The notes under the pieces: generated by a model
What the model was told of the DNA's origin: nothing
Databases searched by the model: none
The model's input: only the letters and a program-made list of their open reading frames with translations
Made by a program: the position numbers and the translations under genes
Source of the DNA: Candidatus Wildermuthbacteria bacterium
GTDB lineage: Bacteria; Patescibacteriota; Minisyncoccia; Minisyncoccales; PEYH01
NCBI GenBank assembly: GCA_037445205.1
Contig: JBBIKX010000001.1
Location: 8,767-72,766 of the forward strand
Length of the DNA: 64,000 nt
Direction of reading: 5' to 3'
In this document: positions 56,695 to 64,000 of the stretch, piece after piece
How the letters are laid out: the number at the start of each line of letters is the position of its first letter
Numbering within the stretch: the stretch's first letter is position 1

Positions 56695-56730
56695 CGAGGG
56701 CTCTCTTGTGCGGGGGCCCTCCTTTTTTAT
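56695..56730 (+). terminator. Intrinsic terminator (GAGGGC/GCCCTC plus T6) ending cassette B; the miaB stop codon sits in its T-tract
   Basis: GC hairpin and TTTTTT. Confidence 0.55.
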
Positions 56731-58061
56731 TCCATCAATTTTCCTCTCAGTCCGTATGGACCAATGTTTATTATTTTGGCTTTAACAAAATTTCCTAAAA
56801 TATTTTTATCTGATTTCAATCTAATGGTTTGATAATGCCTTGTTTTTCCGACATAAAAATCATTTTTTTTGGTGAGTATCAAAACTTCCGCGGTTTTTTT
56901 AAAAAACTTCTTGTTAAAATTTAAAATGGTTTTTTTTAATACTTTGAATAATTCTTTTTCTCTTGTTTTTTTCTTAAAGTTGGGGACATCGTCGTTTAAA
57001 TGAAGGGCGGCTGTTTGAGGCCTTTTAGAATAAGCCGCAATATATCCAAACGCAAATCCGATTTTTTCAAAATTATTTTTTGTATTTTCAAATTGTTTTT
57101 TGGTCTCGCCGGGAAATCCTACAATTACATCAGAAGATACAGCCACTTCTTTTTCGATGCCGCATCTGTATTTTTTAAAATTATTTCTTATTTTTTTAAT
57201 AAGCGCTTTATATTGAGATACAGTGTAGGGCCTATTCATTTTTTTAAGGATTTCATTGTCTCCTGATTGAATTGGAAGATTAATATAGGGCGTTACTTTA
57301 TGGCATTTTGCCATTGTTTTAATTAGTTCGTCGCTTAAATCTTTTGGATGAGAAGAGGTAAATCTTATCCAAAAATTCCCCTCAATATCATTTATCATTT
57401 TAAGAAGCGTTGGAAAATTTATTTCTTTTTCTTTTTTCACTTTAAGGTTTGTGTTTTGGATTTTACCATTATAGGAATTGACATTCTGTCCCAACAGCCA
57501 TACTTCTTTTGCTCCGCTTAAAACGGCCTTTTTTATTTCACAAATAATATCTTGGGCCGGCCTTGAGATTTCTTTTCCTCTTACATAAGGTACGACGCAA
57601 TAACTGCAGAAATTATTGCACCCGGTCATTATCGGAATATAGGCAACAACAGGGGATTGATATTTAGGCATTAATTCAAAATAGTGTTTTTTTTTGAATT
57701 CAACCGACCTAATTTTAAAACCAAGCTTTTTTAATATCTCGGGCAATTTGGGAAGCTCATTTATGTCAAAGATTTCATCGCAGAATTTATTAAGTTCTTT
57801 TTTGTCTTTTTCTAAGATACATCCCGTTAAAATAATTTTATATTTTATATTTTTATTTTCATATTTGAGCCTTATCTTTTTAATTCGAGCGCTTGCTCGA
57901 TCTATCGCCGACTGTCTGACTGAACAGATATTAAACACTATCAAATCCACCCCATCGCATTTATTGGCATGATTAAATCCTGATTTTTCCAAAACGCCTG
58001 CGATTCTTTCGGAGTCAGATTTATTCATTTGGCACCCAAAAGTGATAATATGATATTTCAT
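56727..58061 (-). CDS. miaB: tRNA methylthiotransferase (MiaB/RimO radical-SAM family)
   Basis: 444 aa; MTTF CxxxC and radical SAM CNNFCSYC motifs, TRAM C-terminus. Confidence 0.9.
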   Translation of the reverse strand: MKYHIITFGCQMNKSDSERIAGVLEKSGFNHANKCDGVDLIVFNICSVRQSAIDRASARIKKIRLKYENKNIKYKIILTGCILEKDKKELNKFCDEIFDINELPKLPEILKKLGFKIRSVEFKKKHYFELMPKYQSPVVAYIPIMTGCNNFCSYCVVPYVRGKEISRPAQDIICEIKKAVLSGAKEVWLLGQNVNSYNGKIQNTNLKVKKEKEINFPTLLKMINDIEGNFWIRFTSSHPKDLSDELIKTMAKCHKVTPYINLPIQSGDNEILKKMNRPYTVSQYKALIKKIRNNFKKYRCGIEKEVAVSSDVIVGFPGETKKQFENTKNNFEKIGFAFGYIAAYSKRPQTAALHLNDDVPNFKKKTREKELFKVLKKTILNFNKKFFKKTAEVLILTKKNDFYVGKTRHYQTIRLKSDKNILGNFVKAKIINIGPYGLRGKLME

Positions 58062-58092
58062 ATCTTTTCTTTAAGATAAACGCTAAAGAATA

Positions 58093-58536
58093 TTATTCTC
58101 CGATTATTTGAATCTGGATATTTCTTTTTTTAGGATAAGCGAGTTCTATGAAAAGAATGCTCTGCCATAAGCCGAGCTGCAGCTTTCCTTCAATTATATT
58201 TAGGCAGACGCTTGTTGGTATATGCAATGCTCTGCAATGAGAGTGGGCGTTCGGTTTCTCATCCGGACACATATTTACGGTTCTTATTTCAAAATTATTG
58301 TGATTATACGCTTTATTTTTCGGAGAACAATGCTCTAAGTGTTCTTTAATGTCCTGTAAAAGCAACGGTTCGTTTTCATTTACAAAAACAGAGGCGGTTG
58401 TGTGAAGAGACTGAATATTAATAATTCCGTTTTTTACCGCAGTTTTTTTGGTTATTTCTTTAATCCTTTCCGTGATATCGATAATTTGAAGTTCTTCGAC
58501 GGTATCAATAGAGATAATCGAATTTTTGATAATCAT
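58093..58536 (-). CDS. YjbQ/UPF0047 family protein (secondary thiamine-phosphate synthase-like)
   Basis: 147 aa; HTTASV motif, size typical. Confidence 0.75.
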   Translation of the reverse strand: MIIKNSIISIDTVEELQIIDITERIKEITKKTAVKNGIINIQSLHTTASVFVNENEPLLLQDIKEHLEHCSPKNKAYNHNNFEIRTVNMCPDEKPNAHSHCRALHIPTSVCLNIIEGKLQLGLWQSILFIELAYPKKRNIQIQIIGE

Positions 58537-60287
58537 TTTTTTTCTTTGATTTCTTTTTTTATTTTTTCAATGAAATCACGCAATGAAATAACACCTAAAT
58601 TTCCTTTTTCTCTGCTTCTCATGCTTATTTTTTGTTCTTTTTCTTCTTTATCCCCGGCAACAACAACGTAAGGAATTTTTTGAATTTCAGCTTCCCTTAT
58701 TTTTTTAGAAAGCGTTTCATTATCGTCTTTAATTTCCACTCTGATACTTTCTTTTTCTAATGCGTTTTTTATTCCTTGGGAATAAATCAAATGCCTTTGA
58801 GCAATCGGCATTATTGAAACCTGGACCGGAGAAAGCCAAAGGGGCAAAGCGCCTTTATAATGCTCTAATAAAAACGCAATGGTTCTTTCAATCGCGCCGA
58901 TTGAAGAACGATGAATCACAATCGGTTCTTTTTTTGAGCCGTCTTGGTCGATATAAGAAAGATTGAATCTTTTTGAGGCTAAAAAATCGTATTGCACGGT
59001 AAAAGCGGTTTCTTCTTTGCCGGCGAAATTTTTTATTTGAATATCTATTTTGGGCCCATAGAAAGCGGCTTCACCCTTTGCCTCAAAAAAAGGAGATTTT
59101 CTTTCGATTAAAACATCTCGCAAAATATTTTCCGCGAGAAGCCAGGATTTTTTATCCTGATAATATTTTTTAGCATTTTTTAGGTCGCCCAAAGACAATC
59201 TGTATCTGTAATTTTTATTTTTTTCCAAGCCCAGGGCGAAAGATACGCATTCTATCAAATCCAGAACTTTTTTAATTTCTTCTTTTGCCATTTCTTTTTG
59301 GCAGATGATATGGGAATCCGCCAAACAAAAAGATCGCACCCTCATCAGACCGGTTAATTCCCCGGATTTTTCGTATCTATACTGCTTTGCCAATTCGGCC
59401 AAGCGGAAAGGAAGATCTCTGTAAGATCTTGGAGCGTCAAGGTAAAGTTGATAATGATGCGGGCAGGTCATTGGTCTTAGAATCAGCTTTTCTTCGTCAA
59501 CCTGCATCACTGGATACATCGCATCTTTATAATAAGGGTAATGTCCGGAAACTTCATATAGAGCAACGCGAGCCAGATCGGGTGTGTAAATATGCATATA
59601 GCCCCTTTTAATTTCTTCTTCAACTATAAACCTTTCCAGTTCTCTTCTGATTATTGATCCCTTGGGCGTGAAAAGGGGTAATCCTTTGCCTACCAATTCG
59701 GAGAATGTGAACAAATTAAGCTTTTTTCCAATTATCCTATGGTCTCTTTTTTCCGCTTCTTTAATCAGTTCAAAGTGATTATCCAGTTCTTTTTTATTTT
59801 TAAAAGCAACCCCATAAATTCTTGTCATCATTTTATTCTTTTCGCTGCCCCTCCAATAAGCGCCCGCAATCTTAGTTAATTTAAAACAATCTTCTGGAAT
59901 TTCTTTTGTTGATTTTATATGCGGACCTCCGCACAAATCAATAAAATTTCCTGATTCATATATCGTAACCATTTTTTCTTTAAGCTCTTTGATCAGTTCA
60001 ATTTTATACGGTTGATTTTTAAAGATCTTTTTTGCTTCAATTTTAGAAACAAATCTTTTTTTAAATTTGATATTTTGTCGAATTAATTCTTTCATTTTTG
60101 TCTCAATTCTTGATAAATCATCAACGCTAAATCCGCTCCCATCTGAAGTCGTAGCGGGCAAGTCAAAATCATAATAAAATCCATTTTCAATAACCGGACC
60201 TATGCCAAACTTTGCTTTAGGATAAAGTTCTTTAACCGCATGCGCCATTATATGCGCCAGCGAATGTCTGATGGTGTCTAATTTCAT
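58533..60287 (-). CDS. thrS: Threonyl-tRNA synthetase (no N-terminal TGS domain)
   Basis: 584 aa; HSLAHIMAHAV editing motif; class II core. Confidence 0.95.
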   Translation of the reverse strand: MKLDTIRHSLAHIMAHAVKELYPKAKFGIGPVIENGFYYDFDLPATTSDGSGFSVDDLSRIETKMKELIRQNIKFKKRFVSKIEAKKIFKNQPYKIELIKELKEKMVTIYESGNFIDLCGGPHIKSTKEIPEDCFKLTKIAGAYWRGSEKNKMMTRIYGVAFKNKKELDNHFELIKEAEKRDHRIIGKKLNLFTFSELVGKGLPLFTPKGSIIRRELERFIVEEEIKRGYMHIYTPDLARVALYEVSGHYPYYKDAMYPVMQVDEEKLILRPMTCPHHYQLYLDAPRSYRDLPFRLAELAKQYRYEKSGELTGLMRVRSFCLADSHIICQKEMAKEEIKKVLDLIECVSFALGLEKNKNYRYRLSLGDLKNAKKYYQDKKSWLLAENILRDVLIERKSPFFEAKGEAAFYGPKIDIQIKNFAGKEETAFTVQYDFLASKRFNLSYIDQDGSKKEPIVIHRSSIGAIERTIAFLLEHYKGALPLWLSPVQVSIMPIAQRHLIYSQGIKNALEKESIRVEIKDDNETLSKKIREAEIQKIPYVVVAGDKEEKEQKISMRSREKGNLGVISLRDFIEKIKKEIKEKK

Positions 60288-60329
60288 AACGATTAATTAT
60301 ATTATTAATTTTTCAGGATTTTTTCAAAT

Positions 60330-61928
60330 TTAGGAAAGAGGGATATTGATGTAAAACAAAGAACCCTTCTCTGTTTTTTTGGGGGTTGCCCAGACAATTC
60401 CCCTATGAAGTTCGGTAAACTTTCTTGCGATATAAAGACCCAGCCCCGCCCCTCCTGTCCAGCTTTCTTCGCCCGCTTTTCCCCGCATAAAGCTTTGGAA
60501 GAGATTTGCAGCTTCTTCTTCGCTCATTCCAAGCCCCGTGTCAGAAATTTTTATAAGCGCCCTGTTTTCTTTAACAGTGCTGATAATTTCTATCCCGCCC
60601 TTCTCTGTGTATTTGATTGCGTTATCAATAATATTTATAAAAACCTGCCTTATTTTTTCTTTGTCTAACGACATTAAAGGAAGAGGAATATTCTTTTTAT
60701 ATCTTAAATACAGATCTTTCTGATGGGCGGCAATTTTTAATTGTTCCACCACTTCTCCAATTAAATCCTCAAGCGAGGTTTTTTCAATGTTCATTTCCAT
60801 TTTTCCCGCTTCAATCCGGGAGATGTCTAAAAGATCCTGCACAAGCTTATTAAGCTGGGAAACCACCTGAAAAGAATTTTTTATTGGTTTTTTGATTCCC
60901 CGCGAAACTTCTCCGTAGTTTTCTTCAAGAACCATTGAAAGGTAGCCGCGAACGATGGTTAAAGGGGTTCTCAATTGGTGCGAGGCAATAGAAATAAATT
61001 CTGTTTTCGCCTTGTCCAGCTCCGATAATTTTTCATAAGCAATTTTCAGTTTTTTCGCCATTTCCTCCATTTCTTTCCTCTGCTTTATTTCCCTGAGAAC
61101 GCTTCTTATAAGCAAAACTCCAAAAATCAAAAAAACAAAAAACACAAATCCCTTCCACATATACTGCCAGAGGTGAACCGCGTCAAAAATGTTAAAAAAC
61201 AAAACGATGCTTATAATGCCTACAATCAGGGCGGCAATTACAACCTTTATGTCAAAAAGTCGGTGCTTGACGATGGCATAGGAGAGTATTAGCGGGTAAA
61301 ACGCAACAAAAAAATTTCCATAGGGCGGAAAAGAAATTCCATACCACAATGGAAAATTTGTTGCGCCCCCTCCAAACCCAATTATTATTGCCAGAAAAAT
61401 ATATTTTATCTGGTTGCGGATATCGTTAGATGATTTTTTATAGACTTTTAAAAGTTCGTAGCAGGTGTAAGCAATTATCGCGCCGTATGCCCCAAAAAGA
61501 TAAATGGTGTAGACAGGTCCGGCTATCGGCCACCAGGGAAAATTAAGCTGGGGTTTTACATTTTTTACAAAAAGAGGGCTGAAGCTGAATAGAAATAAAA
61601 TTGCTGTAAGCAGGTATCCAGAAATAATGACCGCCCTTCTTTTTTTATGTAAATCATAAATTGTAAAAATCCAATGAAGGAATGTTATCGGTATGAAAGT
61701 TGATCCAATACTTAAGCATTTCGCCCAAAATAACGCAGTTTCTTTATTAAGACTTAGCTGCCAGAAACCGTAACTGACTCCCCAAAAAACAAGCGCGACA
61801 TTCATTAGCAAAAAAGTTTTATGGGAAAGCTTTTTTGGATTTTTATAGAATACAAAAAAACCGAAAATTATAGCCGATAGTCCGTTGATAAAACCAGATA
61901 AAGCGAATATATTCATATACAAAAACAA
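60330..61928 (-). CDS. Membrane sensor histidine kinase (multi-TM sensor, HisKA, HATPase_c); no cognate regulator in window
   Basis: 532 aa; about 6 N-terminal TM; ASHQLRTPLT H-box; G1/G2 boxes. Confidence 0.85.
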   Translation of the reverse strand: MFLYMNIFALSGFINGLSAIIFGFFVFYKNPKKLSHKTFLLMNVALVFWGVSYGFWQLSLNKETALFWAKCLSIGSTFIPITFLHWIFTIYDLHKKRRAVIISGYLLTAILFLFSFSPLFVKNVKPQLNFPWWPIAGPVYTIYLFGAYGAIIAYTCYELLKVYKKSSNDIRNQIKYIFLAIIIGFGGGATNFPLWYGISFPPYGNFFVAFYPLILSYAIVKHRLFDIKVVIAALIVGIISIVLFFNIFDAVHLWQYMWKGFVFFVFLIFGVLLIRSVLREIKQRKEMEEMAKKLKIAYEKLSELDKAKTEFISIASHQLRTPLTIVRGYLSMVLEENYGEVSRGIKKPIKNSFQVVSQLNKLVQDLLDISRIEAGKMEMNIEKTSLEDLIGEVVEQLKIAAHQKDLYLRYKKNIPLPLMSLDKEKIRQVFINIIDNAIKYTEKGGIEIISTVKENRALIKISDTGLGMSEEEAANLFQSFMRGKAGEESWTGGAGLGLYIARKFTELHRGIVWATPKKTEKGSLFYINIPLS

Positions 61929-61983
61929 ATCCCCCGGAGGTGCGTTAGTTCATTTTAACACCTTTTGGGGGATAGAGACAACG

Positions 61984-62859
61984 TTATGCTGGTTTATAGA
62001 CACGGTTTACCAGCACTTGGCGGGCAAACGTCACCCTCCATGTCGGGCCTACGAATCCGACTTCCCGGAGCAGTTGTTCCCATTGCGGAATTGCGAGGAA
62101 GGTGTATGTTCCTTCTTTTCCCTTTCTTTGTATTTCAAGGGCGTGACGAAGTATGCTTGTGCCCTGAAGAATTCGGCTAAAATCCCGATTTCTTATGTAG
62201 GGCAGAGGATTGAGCATGTCAGGAAGAGAAGCGACAAACACCCATTGGAAGTGAACGTTTTGTCTGGGAGTAGACCAGACGATATGTCCTCCGGGCTTGA
62301 GCACCCTATGCATCTCTCTGAAAACTTCCCTCATGGCCCTTATGCCTTTTTCGCTTCGAAAGTCAGTTGCATAGGGGATAACTAAATTTGCGATAATTCC
62401 ATCAAAGTGGTTATCGTCGAAGGGAAGTTCTTCGCCAAGATGAGCGAAAACAAGATGCATGGGCAACGTGGGGTGAAGAGATTGCGTTTTCCGCGCCGGA
62501 TCAAGAACTATATCCAGACCAACTACCAATTTGATAGTTCTGCCGGATTTGTTCCATGCCAAGAGAGCCATCTTGGCGGGTCCGCAGCCTACATCCAGCC
62601 AAACTTCGTTAGCTTTGGGCTGGATTAATCCGGCGACTGTCGTTGTAAGGTTGTGGTAGGGTCTTGCCTTTTCCAGGTTTTTGTAAATCCTTGCGTAATC
62701 CCTCCAAAACGCCAACTCTTGTCCCCAAGAGCGGATCCTTCCTCTTGTGAAGGGCGAAAGCCCGTTCTCATTTGCTTCCAGCCACTCTTCTATGCTCTCC
62801 GTGCTTAATCCTTCTCCAAAGCACGGCCCAAGGATCTCTGATATGCTTTTGGTTTTCAT
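61984..62859 (-). CDS. GC-rich class I SAM-dependent methyltransferase (small-molecule/UbiE-like rather than DNA MTase)
   Basis: 291 aa; LDVGCGPAKMA motif I; no (D/N)PP(Y/F); own TTGACA-17-TATAAA promoter and AAGGAGGTAAGGA SD upstream. Confidence 0.8.
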   Translation of the reverse strand: MKTKSISEILGPCFGEGLSTESIEEWLEANENGLSPFTRGRIRSWGQELAFWRDYARIYKNLEKARPYHNLTTTVAGLIQPKANEVWLDVGCGPAKMALLAWNKSGRTIKLVVGLDIVLDPARKTQSLHPTLPMHLVFAHLGEELPFDDNHFDGIIANLVIPYATDFRSEKGIRAMREVFREMHRVLKPGGHIVWSTPRQNVHFQWVFVASLPDMLNPLPYIRNRDFSRILQGTSILRHALEIQRKGKEGTYTFLAIPQWEQLLREVGFVGPTWRVTFARQVLVNRVYKPA

Positions 62860-62939
62860 TCCTTACCTCCTTGCTTGCCCGATAAATCAAAGGGCTGTGT
62901 TTATTTTTTATAGCCGTATAGCAGGAATTTGTCAATTTT

Positions 62940-64000
62940 CTATTCTTCAATGATTTCTTCTATTTCCTCGGCAATAATTTTTGGGATTTCGTTTTCAAAA
63001 TTAACGCGGCCCGAAATGAAAACAACTTTATTTTCCTGCAGGGCGGCCGGATTTTTTTCAATGATGCTTGGAAAAATAACCGTTTCTATTTTCTCTGAAA
63101 GGTCCTCAATTTCAACAAAAAGCATTGGTTTGCCGTTCTTGGTGATAATTCTTTTTATTTTGTTGATGAGTCCGCCAATCTTTATTCTGGTCCCCGGCAT
63201 AATTTTTTTGACAAACGAGATGGGAAAATTATTTTCTTTATTTACGCCATTTTGGTAAATCTTTACTATGGGAGTTGTTTTTTCAGCGATTATTTTCTCC
63301 ATAGACCTTAGAGGATGTCCGGAAATATAAAGGCCCAGCAGTTCTTTTTCCCACAAAAGCTTTTCTTTTTCATGGGCATCTTGGCAATCTTCCATTTTCA
63401 GGCCGGGATTAATTTTGGGCAATCCGTCAAAAAGCCCTTTTTGCCCGTTAGATTTTGACTTTTTAAGCTCTCTATTATATTCAAGCAATCTCTCCAAATT
63501 TTTCAAAAGCTTGTTTCTTTTTTCGAGGTTGTCAAAAGCTCCCGCCTTGATAAGCGCCTCCATTGATTTTTTATTGAGATCTTTGCAATCTATGCGATGG
63601 ATAAAATCGCTGATTGATTGGTACTTGCCATTTGATTTTCGTTCTTTGACGATTGTTTCTACGATATTGTGCCCCACGTTCTTAATCGCCAAAAGCCCAA
63701 AGCGGATCTGATTTTTTCCTACCACGCTGAAGTTTTCAAAGCTTTCATTGATGTCGGGACCAAAAACTTCAATTTTCATTCTTTTGCATTCTTCCAAAAG
63801 AAAAGCGATTCTTTCCACGTCCTGTTTTTCGCAAGCCAAAACAGACGCCATAAACTCCACCGGAAAATGCGCTTTTAAATACGCGGTTTGATGCGCAATT
63901 GTCGCGTATCCGACGCTGTGGCTTTTGTTGAATCCATAACTTGCGAACGGCAAAAACCATTGCCATATTTTCTGGGCGATTTCTTTTTTAATGTCTTGAG
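62940..64000 (-). CDS. dnaE: DNA polymerase III alpha subunit, C-terminal portion (gene continues beyond window end)
   Basis: YGFNKSHSVGYA motif; reading frame stays open upstream to the window edge; OB-fold tail. Confidence 0.85.
   Translation of the reverse strand, partial: QDIKKEIAQKIWQWFLPFASYGFNKSHSVGYATIAHQTAYLKAHFPVEFMASVLACEKQDVERIAFLLEECKRMKIEVFGPDINESFENFSVVGKNQIRFGLLAIKNVGHNIVETIVKERKSNGKYQSISDFIHRIDCKDLNKKSMEALIKAGAFDNLEKRNKLLKNLERLLEYNRELKKSKSNGQKGLFDGLPKINPGLKMEDCQDAHEKEKLLWEKELLGLYISGHPLRSMEKIIAEKTTPIVKIYQNGVNKENNFPISFVKKIMPGTRIKIGGLINKIKRIITKNGKPMLFVEIEDLSEKIETVIFPSIIEKNPAALQENKVVFISGRVNFENEIPKIIAEEIEEIIEE

Noticed and set aside
56335-56730. Integron-type gene cassettes (attC sites) as explanation for the mini-cassettes
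   Set aside because: Cassettes carry their own promoters and intrinsic terminators, and the terminal hairpins are simple GC stems with U-tracts rather than attC-like imperfect bulged inverted repeats; no intI nearby.
63669-63966. Small ORFs on both strands near the window end
   Set aside because: The dnaE reading frame (minus strand) runs through this region to the window edge with DnaE-like sequence; these are overlapping spurious ORFs.
1-64000. CRISPR array, rRNA genes, integrase/transposase genes
   Set aside because: No regularly spaced direct repeats, no rRNA-like conserved stretches, and no ORF with integrase (R..H..R..Y) or DDE transposase features were found; the att-like repeats at tRNA-Asp are therefore interpreted as remnants or trans-mobilised elements.

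Overview
Low-GC (~30-35%) bacterial window consistent with a Candidate Phyla Radiation (Patescibacteria/Parcubacteria-like) genome. Evidence for that placement: the ribosomal-protein superoperon lacks L30, several r-proteins carry Lys-rich extensions, and the native genes have no Shine-Dalgarno sequence. About two thirds of the window is core translation, replication and cell-envelope machinery. It holds rpsL(end)-rpsG-fusA-tuf-rpsJ-rplC...rplO-secY-adk-map, infA-rpmJ-rpsM-rpsK-rpsD-rpoA-rplQ-rplM-rpsI, secE-nusG-rplK, and many aaRS/Gat genes (alaS, proS, pheST, thrS, gatCAB). Cell-envelope genes are murA, two mreB paralogs and rseP. It also holds holB, frr, gyrB, a partial dnaE, a contiguous dTTP-synthesis block (thyA-folA-dcd-dCMP deaminase-tmk) and miaB-miaA. 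There are three tRNAs (Met, Met, Asp). The unusual content is a set of GC-rich (~50-58%) insertions. Each carries a near-consensus sigma70 promoter, a strong AAGGAGGTG ribosome-binding site and GC-rich intrinsic terminators, signals the native genes lack. The first insertion is a tRNA-Asp-associated tandem island. It is bounded by 19-bp direct repeats of the tRNA 3' end and carries a Cys-rich membrane protein, a YegS/DgkB-type lipid kinase and three tiny ORFs. The others are three autonomous mini-cassettes (about 16.4 kb, 55.1 kb and 56.4 kb), two sharing a conserved ~45-nt promoter-leader; they encode small membrane or hydrophobic proteins and are wedged between housekeeping genes, one fused onto the 3' end of miaA. 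A fifth GC-rich insertion carries a class I SAM methyltransferase between a sensor kinase and dnaE. No integrase, CRISPR array or rRNA is visible.
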